Shown here one piece after another: positions 1-13,644 of a stretch of 64,000 bases of DNA. Within the stretch, counting starts at the first letter, position 1. Every line of letters starts with the position of its first letter. The translations under genes were made by a program, and so were the position numbers. This stretch comes from Macrostomum hystrix (taxonomy: Eukaryota; Animalia; Platyhelminthes): the NCBI GenBank assembly GCA_950097015.1, contig CATNEN010000002.1, positions 1,984,001 to 2,048,000 of the forward strand. The letters are read 5' to 3'. The notes beneath the pieces were generated by a model. The model was given only the letters and a program-made list of their open reading frames with translations. It did not search any database and was not told the DNA's origin.

Positions 1-3000
1 CTTCAAACTTGGGAACAATATCGATGCTGGTTTCAATTCTAAATTTGGCGGAAATCGGTGCCACTAGCAGTCCATTGGCAGCATGCCACATGCCCTTGAC
101 GTTGAAGTGACCAAAATGTGGCGACTGGATCGTGATGGAAGCATCCATCAGAGGAAGACTTTTGAAAGTGATGGCAAGTTCGGTGGTTTCGATGGACTTC
201 ACCGGAGCAACAAGCTTGACCACCAGTCGCTTTTCCTTCACATTCGCAACATCCAAGTCGCACATGACGCCCCATGCCTGTGAGAAGATGTCGCCCAGCT
301 TGGCATTCGCAGCCACATCCAGGAGCAGTCGCCGCGGTAGAATTTTCCAGGTTGCACTGGTGCCCACTGTTGCAGTTTTCGATTGAACCTCCGTGCTAGC
401 CATCGCGCTGAAGTGTCCCGGCTTCAATCCAACACGACCTGAAGTCTTGATGATTGGCGAGGAAACCGACACGAAGAAGTCAATGGAGATCGCGCCTGTG
501 TTGTCCCACTTTGGCATCCAGCCAGTGATTGTCAGCTCGTTTCGGATGGACAGCACCGTGATGTGACCCGTCAGGTCATTCTCGTTCACTCTAAAAGTCA
601 GATCTTGTACTCCGAAAAGCTTAGTGTCCAGCTTGACCATCAATTGTCGAGTAGTATCCTTCGCCTCGAAATCGTATGTAATAGATGTCTTATCCCAAGA
701 TTCCAGTGGTGTCTTGACAGTCGCAGTTGCGAAGACTCTGCCGCCTCCAACTTGGACTTCCTCCGACAGTGTATACTCGCCAAGCCGGTTGCATAGAATG
801 CTGTGACTTCCAGATGCTGAGATTTGCGAGTTTTCTACCTTGCTAGAAAAGGTTGACTGCAGACTCAATCGTTCATTAATCTTCTCGATGTACATCGACA
901 GGTAGAAAAGCGACTTAATCTCTGCACTGCCCACCTCCTCACCCGTCTTGGCAATTCTGATCGAGTTCTCGCCTACCAGTGGAGATTTCAGTCTCAGCTC
1001 TAGGTTCATGCCTTCTTCAGCCCTTTTCCATTCGAAGTTGAACACTGATGTTTCAACGACGCTCCAAGGAGCCTGGGCCGTGAACCCTACAGAGACTGAT
1101 TGCTGGCTGACCTCTGCTCTGCCGTTGAATAGCATCGCTCCGAAAACTCCGTTGTTGAACGATACTTTAAGCTGGTGCTGCTTGAACTCAAATGCGAACT
1201 TCGTTTTGTCCACTTCATAGATTTCGCTGTCGATTTCCAAATCTCCCGCAAGCTGCCCCGCTGAACTTTCAATTTTGCCTCGCATCTCATGAGTACCAAG
1301 GTAGTCTTGTTCGAGCTTGAACGAGAACGAGCTCTGAGATTCAACCATTGAGCTCATCATGATTGCCAGTTTGCTGTCTTTGGCATTCTCAAAGGCCGTT
1401 TTTAGATGGAGCTTTACCTGAATTGTCTGTCCATGTGAATAGGCTTGGTCAATTTGCAGGGTGATTGGTGCCGAATTCGCAGACTTAATTTCAACCCACT
1501 CAACGGCAGCAAACTGGAACTTCGTATTCTCCAGCCTGGTCGCGCTGTACTTGATGGAGTGCTTTCCCAAATATGCGCTATCAAATGTTGCTTTCATGTC
1601 CCTTTGGCTATCTTTGTAGTTGGTTTCAATTGCGATCTTGTTCTCTCCAGTGTAGTCGTTGATCAGTTTGAGCTCGGAAAGAGTGGAGTGGAGTGGAGTG
1701 GAGTGAGACAGATCTTGTGAATAAGAGCCAGATAGGTGCGTGAAGTGCAAGCCCTGCCAGATAGTACGCAGAGTGACCGCTCCCAGTGAGGTTTTGCCTG
1801 TCTTGCTTTTCTTCGCCTGGATGCTGAACAAAGTCCCGTAACTCCTAATCAGTGTTAATTCGGCGTCAAACTGACTTGTGTGACTCTGAGAGAAGCCAAT
1901 AACGATAGAATGCACTGGCGCCTCCGTATTCGTTCTTTGTTTGTAATTGGCTGAGAGTAGAGCGCTTTCGCCGTACCTGTGCTGTGTTTGAATATGCACT
2001 TCGTGCTCGTTGATGTTTATCGAAACCTTTCGCTCAAAGTTCGTCCAAGTGAAGCCACTGCCTTCCAGCTTTACTGTCATAGTGAATCCCGGAGTGGCTA
2101 CTTTGATGTTCATCTTTTTTGATGAATCAGTCGATTCGCTGTCCAGTTCCAGTGTCAACTTTTGGCTGTTGTTCGCGAAAGCCGTGATGGTCATCTTGCC
2201 GAGGTCGCGCTTGATCTGGACCTTGGTGCCTCCGATTGTGGGCAGAGACGCTTCGAATTCACCGACGAAGTTGACGCACTGGCCCTTGTAAACTACTGGC
2301 GCGTGATACTTGGACCTGATCTCCAAATAGTTGCTGAAGTCCCAGAGTGTTCCCTGGTGTGCTAGTCGCACTGACATCCGGTCAGTGGCAGGTGTCTCCA
2401 AGCTGAACTCGCTCTTCATTCCTTCTTCGTCGATATTGAATCTTCCCTGGTATTCGAAGGCACTGGACATGTCTAGCTTGACGGACAGCCTGTTGTTGAA
2501 CCGCCACCAGTTTCCGTGATGATGTAAGTAAAATTCTGCTTGTCTCGTTGATTCACCTGAAATTTTCGCATCAGCGAGAATTTCGAAATCGTTTAATCCG
2601 TTCAACGTTGACTGCTGGCTGAGTTCCAATGTCAGGTGGCTAACAGTGATCGTAGCTTCAGTTTTCTTGCCATCCTGACTGATGGAGACAGACAAGACGG
2701 AAGGCACATTGACGGTAAAGACGCGCTTGCTTCTCACACTGCCGTAAGTAGTTTTTATCAATTGTGTCATGAGCTGTGTCTCGCTCAGTGCCACCTGCAA
2801 TTCCATGTTGAAGGCTGTTGTCGGCTCCGACCTGAAGTCACCATCCAGCTTGACTCTGGCAGCATCGGCGTATCCGAAGAACTTCAGTGGCAGCTTGGTA
2901 TCGAGCAGGAAAACAGCTGGCGATGTGGACCTGACAAGCTTTGTTCTGACCTCAAGATCGTGACTGCCGAAGGCTGCATTCCAGCGGCCCGTCAGCTTAA

Positions 3001-6000
3001 CTTCGAAATTGTCCGGCTCAACTTGCGTAAACAATTCTCCCCAGATTGGTTCGAAGCCTGGTCCATCGACCTGCACTGACACCTTGTTTTTCGAGACGCT
3101 GAAGTGCACTCTAGCTTTCTTTGTCCAGCCAGGGAGCATTAACTCTGATGTTAGTTGGTTATCATCTTCCAAGTTGTGGATGTGAGTAACGCTAATCTCT
3201 CTGTAATCAGGCAGCGAGGTGAGGAGACGGAAGCTTAAACTCGCCCGCGACAGTGACGAAGCCGTGCCACTGATTCGCAGTTCCCACTTTTCAGATAGAA
3301 CGCTCGGCATTTCCAGCATGATCAACAGCTCCTCGCCTTCAGCTGACAACTTGCTCTCGATGGAACCAACTAGTGGCAGTTCAATGCTCAGCGCTCCCGC
3401 GACGCTTGTGAGAAAGTTCCAAGTAACGCCGTAACAAATTCTGTTCATTGACGGTACGCGAAGATCGAACTCGGCGACTCCCTTAAGAACATCCTCCAAA
3501 TTGAACAGAAGCGTCATAGTAACCGGGTCAGTCAACACGCCTTGGAGATTCGCGTTGGCTGACAGGTAGGCCACACCGGTAGACCGCTTCTCTGTCTCGA
3601 ACTTGAAGATTACTGGGACACTCATCCAGCTGCACGTGTGTCTCGCATTGATGCTTAGTTTGCTTTCTTCAACTTTAACTTCTAGACCGGCCTCCTGCCT
3701 GTAGTCCAGCACTGTCGTGTTGACATTCACAATGAAACGACGGGCGTCCGAGAGGCTCATTGTAAAAAGCGCATCATTCTTGACCACTTGATTTCCGCCG
3801 CTGAGAATCAGAATCTCGTGTCTGACCGAATCGGAGATCATCAACTTAGCCTCGGCGGAGATCACTGGGAGCCCTGTTAGTTCCAACGTCGCCTTCAAAT
3901 GACCAGAGCCTGGTTGCTCCAGCACGAGCTTCATAGATTTTGTGTTGCCCCAGGCGTTAAGGGTTCCTTCGAGTTGAACAGCGTCACGCCTCAGGGCTTC
4001 AAACTTCAAATTGGCTGACGAGCTGCTCACTGGATTTTCCTCGGAGAAGCTTGCGGCCATTGTGAAGCCTCTGAATGCGATTTCCTTTTTGATTGATCGC
4101 CGGCCTCCAATTTCGTTGGATAGTTCGATCTTGCTCTTCACAGTCCAGTACAGCCAGTCAGTGAAGCTCATTTGGACGGTCGCATTCATCTCTTTCAGCA
4201 GAAAGGAGAAAGGAGTCTTGGCATAGAAATTTCCCTCGAATCCTGGCGAGCCCATCTTACAGTTCAAACCGGCTGTGAAAGCAGGAATGCTTGGCGACTC
4301 AAACTTGACTGCAGCGTCGTAGGACGAAGAGGCCTCGATAGTCTGATGAGCGCCAACTTTGATTGTCTCGAAACCCTCGATGTTAGTATCAATCTGAGAA
4401 GCAAACCTCACACTACTCCAGCCGTTGAGTTGGAAACTATTCGCAACCTGAACCTGAGCACCATTGCTCTTGACCTTGAAGCCGTGCTCATTTTCCACGA
4501 AGCGGCTCACAGCCCGATTTCGAGCATGAAGCTTTAGCTCTTCCAGAGCGTCGAATGGAGTTTGAATCTTCCAAGTACCGGACACTTCCTCATCTCCAAC
4601 CGTGAACTCACTGCTACCAAAAATGCGTCTTCCATTGTACTGAAAATATGCACTTGATAGCCATTTTCCGGCGTCATCAATCTGATGATTGAGCACAAAG
4701 CGTGAGTCAGCCTTCCAGTTTTTCGGTGGATTCATCTTCACTTCTAAATTGGCCTTCTTCCAGCCGTTGTGTCTGCCTTGCAGCTCAACCATTCGAAACT
4801 CGGTGAAGTAGTCATGCTTCGCAACCATGCTAATCCAGGTTTCGCCGCTTTCTTTTCCCCTAGCGAATGTTACCTTCAGCCGAGAGATAGCCTCGAAAGG
4901 CGTTTTAGCTTCCAACTCGAAGGTTCCATCGCTTCCGATGGTGTTGTTGATGCTCACTTTGCGATCGTCTCCGCAGTTAGCCACAATGTTGGTCGTTGCG
5001 GAATCGGCAGAAATCCTACTCGCGAGGCTCAAACCTCGACTGTTGTACGGCGACTTATCATCAATCGCAAACTTCACGGTTTCAACGCCGCTCTGCGTTA
5101 ATTGAGAATACTCGACTGAAGACGTTCGGGCCTCATTGTAGACCAGTGATGCTTTCACGTCCTTTTCAGTTTGTTTCCATAAGTAGACAGTGCTGATTTT
5201 AATCGACTTCATCCATTCGACTGGAGTTTCAACAACCAGTCCGTAGTCCAGCTTCCCGGCGCGATCCTGTCTGCGAACGGTCACGCCAAGCACGTTGTCT
5301 CCATTGTGATTGAGCTCGACAGCCACTCGGTCTTCACCAGAGCGGCTAACTTGAACCAACAGCCGCTCCCGTTTGACAATGTTGAACGGTGTGTGCAACA
5401 CTAGCTCACTCATCTTTGTTGCTTCAGAATTCAGTTGCTTGGTAGTCAGCTTGATCAGCTCATCGTTCCAGTAGATCTCACTGCTTGATGAGTATTCCAT
5501 GTCCCCATCCTCTCGCTCTGAGTAGATCAGACCCATTCTGGACAGGCTTTCGTGTGGAGTATCCACTTTAAGGTGCATTCTGTTACGAGCTTCGGAGAGG
5601 AGGATGTCGGCTTGATAGTCTCCGACGAAGGGCACCTTGAGTTGGACGTTCGCTTCATATCGATTAGCCGACTTAACAATGAGCTTCAGTTTGAGATCCT
5701 CCATGAATGGTGCGCTTACCAGGAAGTTGGCTGCTGACTGGCGGTTTCCGTGCGCAGTGTTTTCATCATAGCCATCAAAGTCGATCGTTATCACTTTTCC
5801 AGTCATGTATGTAAACTTGGACGATGTTTTTACGATTTGTCTATTGTGTTTGTGATTCCACACAGTTGACAATGTCCTGAAGCCTGGGAACGGTGTAGCA
5901 AGGCTGATGTTTCCACGAGATTCCGCACCGTCTCGAGTTGGATAGAAGTCAAAGTTTGAGATAAGATCCACTGATTCCCCGTCATTCACTGCAACTTTAA

Positions 6001-9000
6001 CCTTGCTGGTAAACTGTTTTAGATCGTCCTTGTGGGTGAAATCCAACAGCAGCTTGGGAAACCAGTTCAGAGTGCTGTTTGTCTGCAAGCTTAGGCCGAC
6101 GTCCCTTCCACTGTAGGCGCCTTTGTTGAAGCCGTGCACCTCCATTATCACAATCTTCTCCGTCTTTAAGTCAACATCCAATTTGGACTTGATTTCGGTG
6201 GATGTCAGCCAGTGATTGAGCTCAAATTTCATGAAGCTAGCGTGGGCCCATGGTGTAACAATGCTCAGTCTAGAATGGAAGTTGTTGATGTTTCCAAGGT
6301 TCACCAGCAGATCCGCCTTGAAACGCCGGCCATTAGTGATGCTCTCAATCTGCAGTTTCCTGACGCGAAGAGAGCCATAGCCATCCAGCTTCAAGGTGAT
6401 GTTCTCGTACCTTCGGAATGGCGTCTGTAGATGAAGCGTCGAAACAATTCCCTTTTCTGTCCAGCCGTCGTTGATGTCGTACATGAAGTTTGCTGACACT
6501 TTCTTATCCTTTGCGTACTCAACTTCGATGTACTTGTTGCTTTTTAACGGCTCATTTCTTTCGTTCAATCGGATCGCCACCGCGCCACTAGGAACGCTGA
6601 TTTCCAAGCGACCTACTCTCTCTTGCAGATGCGCCCTGCGTGTCGTTTGGAACAGTCCGTCAAGCCGCAGTCCATCAGACTGCTGACGCCTTGGATTCCA
6701 GAACAGCTCCGCTAGAAGTCTGTGGGTACTGTCCTCGCTGCCGAGCTGCAGTTTAGCTTGCACATCAACTCCGGGAGCGTTGATCTTACCGTTCATTACT
6801 GCACTCTTGTAGTCGAATTTCCCTGCCGCATCAGCGGAGTAAGTGACGCCGGCTGTTGTTAGCATGGCGGACACGGACGGTTCGCTGGAACTGGTGTCAA
6901 CACTCAGCTCAGCTGACACATCAGCCAGATCGTGCAGACTGAGCCTGCCGCTGATCTTGTGCTTGGAATCCTTCTGCAGCAGCTCCGCCTTTGTAGTATA
7001 GACTGTCTCGAGCATAGTCAGAGTGGTTTCAAACGCAACCGATCCCTTCTCTGGGTTGTTCTCCAGTTTCGAGGCGATGTTGCCGATGAGGCCACTGTTT
7101 AGCGAGGCAGTGTAGAACACAGTTCCGGGTTGCCTCTTGAAGTTCAGAGTTGTTGAAACCCTCTCGCTGCCCATGGAGTAGATCAGTCGGGAAGAGAGCT
7201 CTGACCACACTAGGTCGTGCATAAAAGAAGCCTCCACGCCATACTTTACTTCTCCGTGCTGCACAATGGTTTTGAGCTTGTGCTCGTGTCCTGACGACGG
7301 TTTTTCAATGGTGTACTTGCCGAATAGACGGATTATTTGTCTGTTGGCATCCTCGAAGCTTGCATCCAGTTCATAGTCGTGATAGTTGGTTCGCTTAAAA
7401 GCCAAAGCCACGTAGTTATTGAGATGCGCCATGTCGGAGAAAATGGTCTTAACACTGCTTCGAAGGTTGTGCCCGTCAGATGTCAAATCGAGCTTGATCG
7501 CCGGTTCGATTTTCACAGTCCGCTCTGTTTCGTGACCAAAGGTGTAGCCGACTGTGGTCAGTCCGGAGATGCTACTGGCAGCGATGTTGTAGTTAGACTC
7601 GATGCGGCCACTATATAATGGCGAGTTGACACTTGCTGTGGCCGATGCCTGTCCGTTGTCATATTTTAATTGAGTCCTGAAGCCGATAGGACTTGTCAGC
7701 AGATTCTCAATAGTGGCGGCCATCTCCCAGCTCTTCTTCGATGAAATCTTGCTGTAGCCGTAGGCGCCCTTAAGAATGATCGGTCTCGAGTTTAGTAGGC
7801 GCACTTCTAGAGCCGATAGCTCCATTCTGAAGTGTTGCGAGGTCTCAATCAGATTGTACCTGGCCTTCGCACTAGCATACGTCACACCGTCCATCTCGGC
7901 CAACAGACTCATCTCATTTCCATCGGTTCCAGTTGTGAGGCTCATTTCAGTCTTTCCCTTCTTCCATGGTGTTTCAAGGATCGCCTCCAGCTTCTTCCCA
8001 GCCGAATCGAACTTCATTTCGGCTTGAATCTTTCTGTCATTTCTGGAGCCCGGCATGTCAACCAGCGCCCTCCAGTGCCGATCAACTCCGGTCTTCCTGT
8101 TGATCAGGTGCAGCAGGTAGCTGTCGTGGGTGTCCTTCTTGATCATCGATAGGTCCAACTCGAAGCCGGCAAGGAGCGGTGTCTGTGGCGCATCCGGGGC
8201 AGTAAGGTACGGGTAGCGTACTTCTGAGCAGAACTCAACACCAAGAACCTTCTCAATAACGCCGCCACTTGAGCAGATTTTCTTGGAGACAGTCAGATCG
8301 CGTCTCATTCTCTGCTCGCGCTCCACAGATCGATGGACGATGAAAAAGCTGGTCTTGGCATTCAGAATATTTTGGCGCTGCCTCGGCTGATGAATTTCAA
8401 CTTTCAGCTCCTCTCCGTTGGCAGCCTTCACACTGGCCTGCATCTCCGTGCTTGTGAAAATGTTGCTAACCATCTTGACTCCATAATCACCGTAGATGGT
8501 GTTAATCCCGAGCATGCCGCTGACGTGCACGGCGCCCGATGGTACAAGTTTGCCCTCAAATTCGAACTCTGGCGGCCACTGCATCAACTTCTTCAGGTTC
8601 ACTTTGCTGTTGGCCTTCAGAATGAATGAAGCTGTTCCGTTGATTCCCAGTCGAAGCGGGAAGCCAGAAATTGTCGGGATTGTAACTTGCGTATCCATAA
8701 AGGAGATGGACTTCGACCAGCTGATATCGCTCATTCGTCTCAGGGAGTTCAGCAGCTCAAAGATGTTACCGCTGCTTCTCTCAAGGTCTTCTTTCCACAA
8801 ATCCAGAAACGCGATCTGGTGGCCAAAGATCTTGATGTCCAGATTGCCTCCAATCTTATCTTCGATCACCTTGAAGGTGTTATCCAGCTGTGCTAGCTCT
8901 GTGTTGGTGTTTGTCTCGTTACTCTTGTTGCTCCTCGGGCCTAGGTACTTCTCCAGCAGGACTTCCATACCCTGGACTCGTCCGCCGACCTCAAGGAAAT

Positions 9001-10161
9001 TCAGCGACTTGCCAAACAGATCGAGTGTCATGTTGAGTGTAGCAGATCTGGGAAGGAAGCTCTTCTGCGACCAGATGAGGTTCGATTCCACCTTCGCACC
9101 AGCGTTCAGATAGTTTGAGAAGAAGGACTTCTCAATGTTGCGGCTAAACTTCAGCTTGTCCATGTCGTATTGATTCTTCAGCTTGACATCTTCAACAATC
9201 ATGCGGATGTCCTGCTTGTGCGGATCGGAGGTCTCAACCAGATTCGTCAGATGCGTCCACATGAAGGAGGCGAACTGATTGCTGCTTTCGGCGGTCAGAA
9301 GTTCGCGCACAGTTTCCAGGACTTCGATGTTGGGACAGGTCATCAGACCCAAGTAGGCTGCGATTCTCAGCTCGGAGTCCAAATCCATGTTCCTGATCAG
9401 CCTCAGCAGCGGCCTCCTGTCCACGGAGCACGGAGTTCGTCGAAGAGCCTCAATGGCGGCGACGCGAACTTCCATCAGGTTGGACTCTTTGTTTGCGCAG
9501 TGAGCAACGGCGGGCAGCAGCTCAGTCAGGTATCCAGCGTTTCCCACCGCCTTCAGAGCCACCAGGAGGGTTTTCCTGTCTCCAGCGGAACAGTCGGATC
9601 CGATCAGCGTTTGAATCGCAGCTCCAATGCTCCTCACAACGGGCTCTTCATTGCAGTTGTCGTGGGCCTTGCAATACTGATTGACCAGGGCGGTAATACC
9701 TAGCTGGGCCTGCTGTCTTGGCGAGTCCACCTGCAGCAGCGGAAGTAGGCTCTCCAGCATCTCTTTGGTGGGTTCCTGAACAAAGGCCAGGGAAGTGAGC
9801 CAAGCGTCCGCTTCGGTTGAGGACACCTGGCCGCTAACAATCAGGCCTTTCATCATCTGCACGGCGGCCGGTGTGGTCACCGCTGGCAGGGCGTCAAAAA
9901 AGAACTGCTTCGCCATCTGATTGTTCCGGCGGCACACGGTGAAGCCTTCGACATCTCGACGCATGGCGACCAGCTGCTCAGTGGACAGCTCTCTCAGGCG
10001 GTAGATAAGCTCGTTGAAAAGTGCAGGCGTCTTGGGGACAATCACTGTGCCTAGGTCGCACAGGCTGCTGAGCACGGATCTCACATTCTCCTCAGGGTTT
10101 TGCGAGGCCAGCTTGTAGTCGTGATGCTGGTACTCCAGCTTGCTGCGCCTAAACATGTGGT
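1..10161 (-). CDS. Apolipophorin/apoB-like large lipid transfer protein, exon 4 (3'-partial, more than 10 kb, runs off window start)
   Basis: Acceptor caatttcag| at 10162-10163 joins in phase 1. Hand translation gives (D)HMFRRSKLEY...FNELIYRLRELSTEQL...FFDALPAVTTPAAV...LVALKAVGNAG...SFLPRSATLNMTLDLFGKSLNFLEVGGRVQGMEVLLEKYLGP...IPTISGFPLRL, typical of the LLT alpha-helical domain and the following beta region. The same frame is open wherever spot-checked, down to position 2 (...RIETSIDIVPKFE). The ORF track reports no stop-terminated ORF in this frame. Confidence 0.92.
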
Positions 10162-11104
10162 CTGAAATTGATTGGATGTTGACATGCTTGTTCAAACTGT
10201 GAAAACTCTTGATGCTGTATAAGAAGTACTTTTACTGGGAGGCTAAGATATTGTGCTGATAGTACAATTGATCTGCATAACAGTAATGATTGATACGATT
10301 CTCATCGATGAATAGGCGAAAATTTTCTGCTCACAAATATTTTTCATATAGTCATGTCGGCTATTATTGTTTTCGATATTTTATTGATTCAATTATCAAT
10401 TTTTACACTTTTGAATCAATATTGACTCGCCATTGAATTGTCACCACGGCCTTCGAGGTCTTCGTTGAATATCTAGACGATGCTGGCTCGTGGTCTTTCC
10501 CCAGGGGGAGAAGCAGCGTTGTCTTTCTACTCTAAAAACCCGAGAGAAACCAGTTCAGCTGTGCTCAAGCGCACATAAACCTTTGACCCTCGCCCTTAAC
10601 AGTTGGAAAATAGGAGAGAGCAGTGCTCAGATAAAAGGCCAACAACGCGGTGCAATGAGCAATCTGCGTTGCCCCCTACAGACCATAGAGGACAACAGGC
10701 GGTGCAGTCGACTTTGACCCTTTTTCTTATTCGCTTTCGCTTTTTCATTTTTTTACCTTTCCTGTGACCAATCTTATCTCGGGCCCCTGCGGTCGACTCT
10801 AAATTTGGAACTTTGAGTTGGTTTGGTGCAAGAGCTCTGCCGATAGCAAGCAGAGCTACCTGTTATCTGGGCGGCAACAATTAGGAAAAGGCAGTGCGAT
10901 ATGAAAGAACGAAATCACAGCTGAGAAGGTTCAACTAACCCTTGCTCTTTCCTCTAGAAAAATGTAGCACAATATTGACTGCTGATTATTAATTAGTTGC
11001 TAAATACTGGAACGGATGAAAAATACAGTAAAAACAATTTTCATTGCCTCTACGCTCGTACTCCGGTTCACGTCTCATTACTCCCCTGTCTTATCTCTGT
11101 CGCA

Positions 11105-11485
11105 ACTCAGTCTCATCTCTCCCTGTCTCATCTCTCCACCGTCTCATCTCTCCACCGTCTCATCTCTCCCCCGTCTCATCTCTCCCCCCGTCTCATCTCT
11201 CCCCAGACTTATCTCTCCCTGCCTCAAATCTCCCCTGTCTCATCTCTCCCCTGTCTCATCTTTCGCCTGCCTCATCTCTCCCGTGTCTCATCTCTCCACC
11301 GTCTCAAATCTCCCCAGACAGACTCGTATCTCTCCCTGCCTCAAATCTCCCTGTCTCATCTGTTCCTGTCTCATCTGTTCCTGTCTCATCTGTTCCTGTC
11401 TCATCTGTTCCTGTCTCATCTGTTCCTGTCTCATCTGTTCCTGTCTCATCTGTTCCTGTCTCATCTGTTCCTGTCTCATCTGTGG
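11105..11485. repeat. Pyrimidine-rich (TCTCATCTCTCCCCTG)n-type 16-bp satellite followed by a homogeneous 15-bp (TCTCATCTGTTCCTG)n block, in LLTP intron 3
   Basis: Read directly. The same family occurs at 26265-27500 and 48900-49315. Confidence 0.9.
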
Positions 11486-11691
11486 ACTGGACTGGAGTCC
11501 TTGGACTAGCTTCAAAGGTTTTAATGTTTTTAAGAACAGTTTTAAAACTATACCATCTTACACCACTTTAGACCAATTTGGTGTATAGTACAATCAATCA
11601 ATAGCTTCACCTTTGAGATCTAAATGAACATTTCATACTTGGGTGGATACTGGCATGCCTGTGCTTTTGATTTCTTACAAAATAAACTCAC

Positions 11692-12043
11692 CGTGCGCAA
11701 TTCGGATGATGCCGCCAGTGCCGACAAAGGTCATCTTCTGCTCGACCACGGTGACAGCTCCGGCGGTCTCCGTGCTGAACGGCCTGAACATGTGCTCCTC
11801 CTGACAGGCTGCCTCTTTGAGGTGCCCGGACGTGTCGTAGCTCATCTGGCAGGTGCGGTTGGCCCTCGTCAGCGGCATCGACTGGATCCGGGCCGAGGTT
11901 CGATACGAGCTGCTCTGGAAGCTACTCCGCACCTTCTGCTGATCCGGGCAGCTCATCAGGTCGGTGATCTTTGTGACGCGGACCTCCTTACCGGAATCCT
12001 GCTGGACATTGTAGGTCACCTTGCAGCGACCGCTGATGTCAGT
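11692..12043 (-). CDS. LLTP exon 3 (vitellogenin-N beta-barrel)
   Basis: cgcccag|ACT GAC ATC AGC GGT CGC TGC joins exon 2 to give VE-TDISGRCKVTY, the conserved E-D-x-x-G-x-C motif of LLTPs. Donor CAC G|gtgagt at 11691. Length 352 nt is phase-consistent. Confidence 0.9.
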
Positions 12044-12789
12044 CTGGGCGGAGGTGTGAAAACGGTTTTTGTTTTATTGTCTTCAGTTTTGTTTTAAACC
12101 AGCTTCAATCTATTAAACTCGGATCGATAATATTCTGTATTGATGGAATAATTGACGTGTCTGACCTATCGAATTATCGACCGCTGGTGCACTTCCGAGC
12201 TAAACTTAGTTAACTTAGTTAACAGTAGAAAGACAACGTGGATATTTTAAATGCCCGCTGCCTAATTAACGATAGCTCTCACACCGAATGACCGATTTTC
12301 GTGAAAGCCCACCATGTGAATCCAAATTCTCCACCCTTTACGATGAACTAGCTTTGAAATCCATCTGGCGCCAGCATCGTCGAGATATTCAGCAATTCTT
12401 GTCGGAGACCCTGGTGACAAGGACAGCTAACATTGCTCTGTATTAACCTCTTTGGCGAATTCAAATGGGTTCAAAAATGTAAAAATTAGCCAACAGTCAA
12501 TGATTGCCAACATGGTTACATGATGAAATTCGTGAGACAAGAAGAATTAAGTCTACATTGGTGATTTTTGACGCTAGACACCCCGACGATGCTGATGTTT
12601 TGTGATTCTGGAAGTTGTTTCATCGGATAAAGCGGAAAATTTTAGTCCCTGTTCTGGATTTTTTGGTGATCGACTGAACATTTTTCTTGATGCAGAAAAA
12701 AACGTCTGTATTGAAATACCCTTTAAGGTCTTTCTAATTTTTAATATTATTAGCTTTTTAATTGTGATAATAATAATTGATTACACCTG

Positions 12790-13008
12790 CCTCGACGCAC
12801 CTGAAGGCTGCGTTCAGTCCATGGAATCCTGTATTACACTAGCTGATGCTGGTACCAATTTAAAAGCTGGGTGAACTGAAGCAACACAGAGTTAATTGAG
12901 TCTTACAAACTGTTCACAAGGATGCAAACTGTTCCAGTGGAGGCTGGAATTGAACCCCTGACCTTCAAGTCGTGATTCCGAAGCTCTAAACACTAAAGCT
13001 TGAGCCCC
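12790..13008 (-). mobile_element. tRNA-derived SINE-like element in LLTP intron 2
   Basis: The minus strand reads GGGGCTCAAGCTTTAGTG...GGGGTTCAATTCC (A-box-like and B-box-like) with no pairing acceptor stem. A body containing CAGTTCACCCAGCTTTTAAATTGGTACC follows, which recalls conserved central SINE domains (not database-checked). Confidence 0.6.
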
Positions 13009-13137
13009 TGCTTAAGCATCTACAAATAATTTAATTATGATCAATCTAAAATTGTCTAAAACTAACTGTAAGAGATCAGCTTTATGGTGAAGAACAGATC
13101 TGTCGATGGTTTTGACACAGGTCAAAAAACACCCTAC

Positions 13138-13601
13138 CTCCACAGCTTGGAATCCGTCAATGCGGCCCGCATTTCCATTCTGCAGCAGTCCGATGATCGC
13201 CTTCTTGATGTTCAGCACCCAGTCGGGCTCGGTGATCTCCGCGCACACGTCGCCAACGAGGCCGTCGTTGTTCAGCGCAAAATGCGCGTCCGAGGCGGTC
13301 AGCTCGCTGGCGAAGCGAGTCTGGTGAGGACTCTCCAGCCAGGACCCGCCGGCGGGGTCCAGCTCCAGCACGCGGATGTCGTTGAGGCGCATCGCCACCT
13401 CGCATGGGGCCAGGAAGTCGAAGACAACCCTAGCGTTGAGGCGCAGTCCGGCCGAGTCCTCGGTGGCGCCGCGGATGTTGGCGCGCATGTCAGTCGAGTA
13501 GTCGAAGGTGTAGGCCCGGCCAACTGTGTAGGCTGGACGAGAGGACTGAGCGGGACAGCTGACGGCGCAACCGCCGCCGCGATGTTGCGGTGACAGAGGC
13601 C
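13138..13601 (-). CDS. LLTP exon 2
   Basis: Acceptor cgcccccag| at 13602-13603. Translation ...CAVSCPAQSSRPAYTVGRAYTFDYST...LRLNARVVFDFLAPCEVAMRL...AHFALNNDGLVGDVCAEITEPDWVLNIKKAIIGLLQ matches the vitellogenin-N start (EPxWxLNIKRGI). Donor GAG|gtaggg at 13137. Confidence 0.92.
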
Positions 13602-13644
13602 CTGGGGGCGAGGAAAAAAATTTAACCTGCATAGTCTCATCAAC

